Positions 47,174 to 49,389 of a stretch of 49,389 nt of DNA are shown in pieces. Within the stretch, counting starts at the first letter, position 1, and each line of letters begins with the position of its first letter. Origin of the DNA: Minisyncoccota bacterium (lineage in GTDB: Bacteria; Patescibacteriota; Minisyncoccia; UBA6257); NCBI GenBank assembly GCA_028695015.1, contig JAQVJR010000002.1, positions 66,706-116,094 on the forward strand. Reading direction: 5' to 3'. The notes beneath the pieces were generated by a model, which was not told the DNA's origin, ran no database searches, and saw nothing but the letters and a program-made list of their open reading frames with translations. A program made the position numbers and the translations under genes.

Positions 47174-47252
47174 TAATTGTATTTGAAATTTCGACCTAAT
47201 ATTTTAGAAATTTCATTTTTGTTATTTAATCGACCTTGTATTTAATATGTAT

Positions 47253-47280
47253 ATTTTACTATTTAAAAAATGTTTGTCAA
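47253..47280 (-). promoter_or_regulatory. Sigma70-like promoter of the pilin operon
   Basis: TTGACA (47280-47275), a 16-nt spacer, then TAAAAT (47258-47253). Confidence 0.65.
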
Positions 47281-47291
47281 TTTTAAAAATT

Positions 47292-47678
47292 CTATTCTAT
47301 TTTTATCTCTTGCTTTACTTTATTAACCAACTCTTCTACAGAAAGCCTAGCTTTGACAAAATAGTCAATAATTCCTAAAGCCTTGCCTCTTTCAATATCA
47401 GAAGGTTGACCAAGATTAGAAATTATTATTACAGGTAGTTTTTCTAACAAAGGATCTTGGCGAATGGTTTCTAAAACTTCAAATCCATTTTTTTTAGGTA
47501 AAATCAAATCTAAAAGAATTAAATCTGGTTTAATTCCTTGTTCAGTTAAAAAATGCAAAGCTTCTTCGCCATCTGCAGCTCGAATAACCTTAAAAGATTC
47601 CTTTTCTAATTTTAATCTTAAAACACTACTTAAAAAAGGATCATCTTCAATTAATAAAATCGTTGACTTGTTATTCAT
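47292..47678 (-). CDS. Single-domain response regulator (receiver only)
   Basis: ILLIEDD, PDLILLD (phospho-Asp), P..GFEVL, IIISN, DYFVK. Confidence 0.92.
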   Translation of the reverse strand: MNNKSTILLIEDDPFLSSVLRLKLEKESFKVIRAADGEEALHFLTEQGIKPDLILLDLILPKKNGFEVLETIRQDPLLEKLPVIIISNLGQPSDIERGKALGIIDYFVKARLSVEELVNKVKQEIKIE

Positions 47679-47743
47679 AATAAAAATGGATTAATATTCC
47701 TTTTTTTCAACTCTAGTAAATAGTATAGCAACTCTTTAAAATA

Positions 47744-47776
47744 AAAACAACTTTGTCAAATAAACAAAGTTGTTTT
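47744..47776. terminator. Intrinsic terminator downstream of the 16S gene
   Basis: 13-bp stem AAAACAACTTTGT-caaataa-ACAAAGTTGTTTT. Confidence 0.7.
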
Positions 47777-48408
47777 ATCTATTCAATCCTTTCTGGTTAT
47801 CCCAAGCATGATTAATCTCTTTTTAAAGATGACAAGATTAACATCTCTCTTTGTTAAACAAAGAGACCGACACTTAAAGCTTTGATTTAAAAACCAAAGC
47901 AAATTCTATAAAAGAAAAGTTTCACCACCAGCTTCCGCTAGCAGTGCCTTGTTATGACTTAGCCCCTGTCACCGAACCTACCCTAGTTCCTGTAAACAGG
48001 ATTTTTAGGTATTCCCGGCTTCCTTGACTTGACAGGCGGTGAGTACAGAGTTCGAGAACGTATTCACCGTGGTGTGGCTGACCCACGATTACTAGCGATT
48101 CCAACTTCATGAGGTCGAGTTTCAGACCTCAATCCGGACTGGGAGATTGTTTGATGCGATTAGCTCCGCCTTACGGCTTGGCAACGCATTGTCAATCCCA
48201 TTGTAACATGAGTGTCGCCCAGGGCATCAAAGGGCCATGCTGATTTGACGTCATCCCCTCCTTCCTCCCTCCTCAAAAAGCACTTCTCAATATTTTAAAA
48301 ATGAAATGCTCTTTGAGGAGGGCGGTTTTTTGTGACACATAAAACACAAAACAGGGGTTGCGCTCGTTTCCCCACTGAAGGGAACAACTCGCGTCACGAG
48401 CTGACGGC

Positions 48409-49318
48409 CATATGCTTCCATTATTACTAATGGTATGGACTATACCATCACCCTTGGAAATTAAAATTTCAAAGGGGACCAGCGTTTTATTATTTACTAA
48501 AAATAAATAATAAAATCTTTAATATTTTTTAAAGATTAAGTCTCTACGGGGCACAAACCCTAATTTATATAACTTTACAGAATATTTACTTATATTTTTC
48601 AAAAACATACTTGCCTCTAATCTAGAAATATAAAGAGCATAAGTCCTAGCTTTCTTATATTTATATATCTTGCTGATAGAAAAACCTAATTGCTTCAATA
48701 AATCTAGATCTTTATTTGCTTCTGTCTCTGTGCTATATACAATCCGGCAATCACTTCTAAAGTCCTTGTTTATAGAACCATCTCCATCAAATCTTCCTGC
48801 AAAATAAGAATAAATATTATTTTTTTTCACTACACTTTTTATGTTTTGTCTAGATTTTATAAATAGTCTTAATAAGGGACGACTATTCACATATATATGA
48901 TAAGCAGTATGTCTAGCTTTTTTCGAAACAGAAAAAGTAGTTTTTATTCCTGAAAAATTTTCAGAAATTACTTCTCGCGTATTATTATCTCTATCCATGT
49001 TTTTATCTAACGGATAATACACTACAAGACGCAATCTTTCTTTAGGAAAATAACTTTCAAAAAACTTTTGAGAAAGTTTAATTAAATCAACATCTATATT
49101 ACTAATACCCACACTACTGCTTCTACTATAACCATCAGCACACCATAATCCCAAAATATAAGTCTCAAACTTATTTTTAGGACAGTTATATAAATTAGAG
49201 TTTGTGCTTCCCACGGTATTGCCCATTCTTTATATATTTTAACATAAAAAAAATTAGGGTTCCACCGTTATGAGCTGGTTTTTTCATTCTAAATTACTTT
49301 AGAATGGGTCGACTTTTC
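48409..49318 (-). mobile_element. Group I intron (910 nt) in 16S rRNA between E. coli-equivalent positions 1060/1061
   Basis: P1 GGUU|GA pairs with UCGACC, giving a U-G wobble at the splice site; terminal G at 48409; P3 ACCAGC/GCUGGU; P ACGGUGGAACC; Q GGCAAUACCGUGGGAAG; R GUAGAGACU; S GGUAUAGUCC; P9 CCAUU/AAUGG. Confidence 0.92.
48519..49226 (-). CDS. Intron-encoded double-motif LAGLIDADG homing endonuclease
   Basis: YILGLWCADGY and YFAGRFDGDGS motifs; uninterrupted 235-aa ORF inside the intron. Confidence 0.9.
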   Translation of the reverse strand: MGNTVGSTNSNLYNCPKNKFETYILGLWCADGYSRSSSVGISNIDVDLIKLSQKFFESYFPKERLRLVVYYPLDKNMDRDNNTREVISENFSGIKTTFSVSKKARHTAYHIYVNSRPLLRLFIKSRQNIKSVVKKNNIYSYFAGRFDGDGSINKDFRSDCRIVYSTETEANKDLDLLKQLGFSISKIYKYKKARTYALYISRLEASMFLKNISKYSVKLYKLGFVPRRDLIFKKY

Positions 49319-49389
49319 AACCATGCAGCACCTGTCCTGATGTCCTTGCAGAAGGCTCAACTTTCATTAAGCTTTCATCAGGATTTCAA

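Larger units (their letters stand above)
47911..49389 (-). rRNA. rrs: 16S rRNA, 3' portion (exons 49389-49319 and 48408-about 47911); 5' part outside the window
   Basis: Conserved blocks GGTGCTGCATGG, GTCAGCTCGTG, GGGGATGACGTCAAATC, GAATCGCTAGTAATCG, CGGTGAATACGTTC and AAGTCATAACAAGG, plus helix 45 with its GGAA loop. The mature 3' end is approximate. Confidence 0.97.

Noticed and set aside
1312-47694. Short antisense ORFs in the track (e.g. 1312-1572, 3336-3518, 14619-14822, 20466-20858, 22398-22703, 40124-40492, 47464-47694)
   Set aside because: They lie opposite well-supported genes and show no motifs; they are shadow ORFs.
1-49389. CRISPR array, IS element, prophage or integrase
   Set aside because: No regularly spaced repeats and no transposase, integrase or phage structural genes. 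The GNVGIG unit in 33656-34888 is a single module in a surface protein.

Overview
AT-rich bacterial window, almost all genes on the minus strand, read with genetic code 11. The gene set and a divergent, intron-containing 16S point to Patescibacteria/CPR, Parcubacteria-like (inference). Layout: (1) 1-7.9 kb accessory block next to the 3' end of tRNA-Asn, with an EcoRI-family adenine methyltransferase, a DUF262-type nuclease gene, an exopolysaccharide-like trio (GH26 hydrolase, wecB, deacetylase-GT2 synthase fusion) and a gene remnant. (2) 8-30.7 kb housekeeping run: dcd, tRNA-Gln, dnaX, a VirD4/HerA-like ATPase, serS, lysS, greA, mrdA-mreDCB, proS, rseP, frr, holB, a second mreB, murA, an amidohydrolase that has lost its metal ligands, and an RNase J-like protein. 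(3) 30.7-47.2 kb type IV pilus locus. It holds a decayed diversity-generating retroelement (DGR) missed by the ORF track (target gene with VR, avd pseudogene, AAY-rich TR, RT pseudogene), two paralogous FISUMP/C-type-lectin-fold surface proteins (one fused to a prepilin), modular minor pilins, pilC, pilB and two tandem pilins sharing an identical 173-bp 5' repeat. (4) The 3' part of a 16S rRNA gene with no anti-Shine-Dalgarno tail, no 23S following it, and a 910-nt group I intron encoding a LAGLIDADG endonuclease. The best candidates for new biology are the DGR-diversified pilus adhesin system and the fused deacetylase-synthase/ManNAc polysaccharide system. All alignments and counts were done by hand and no database searches were run.
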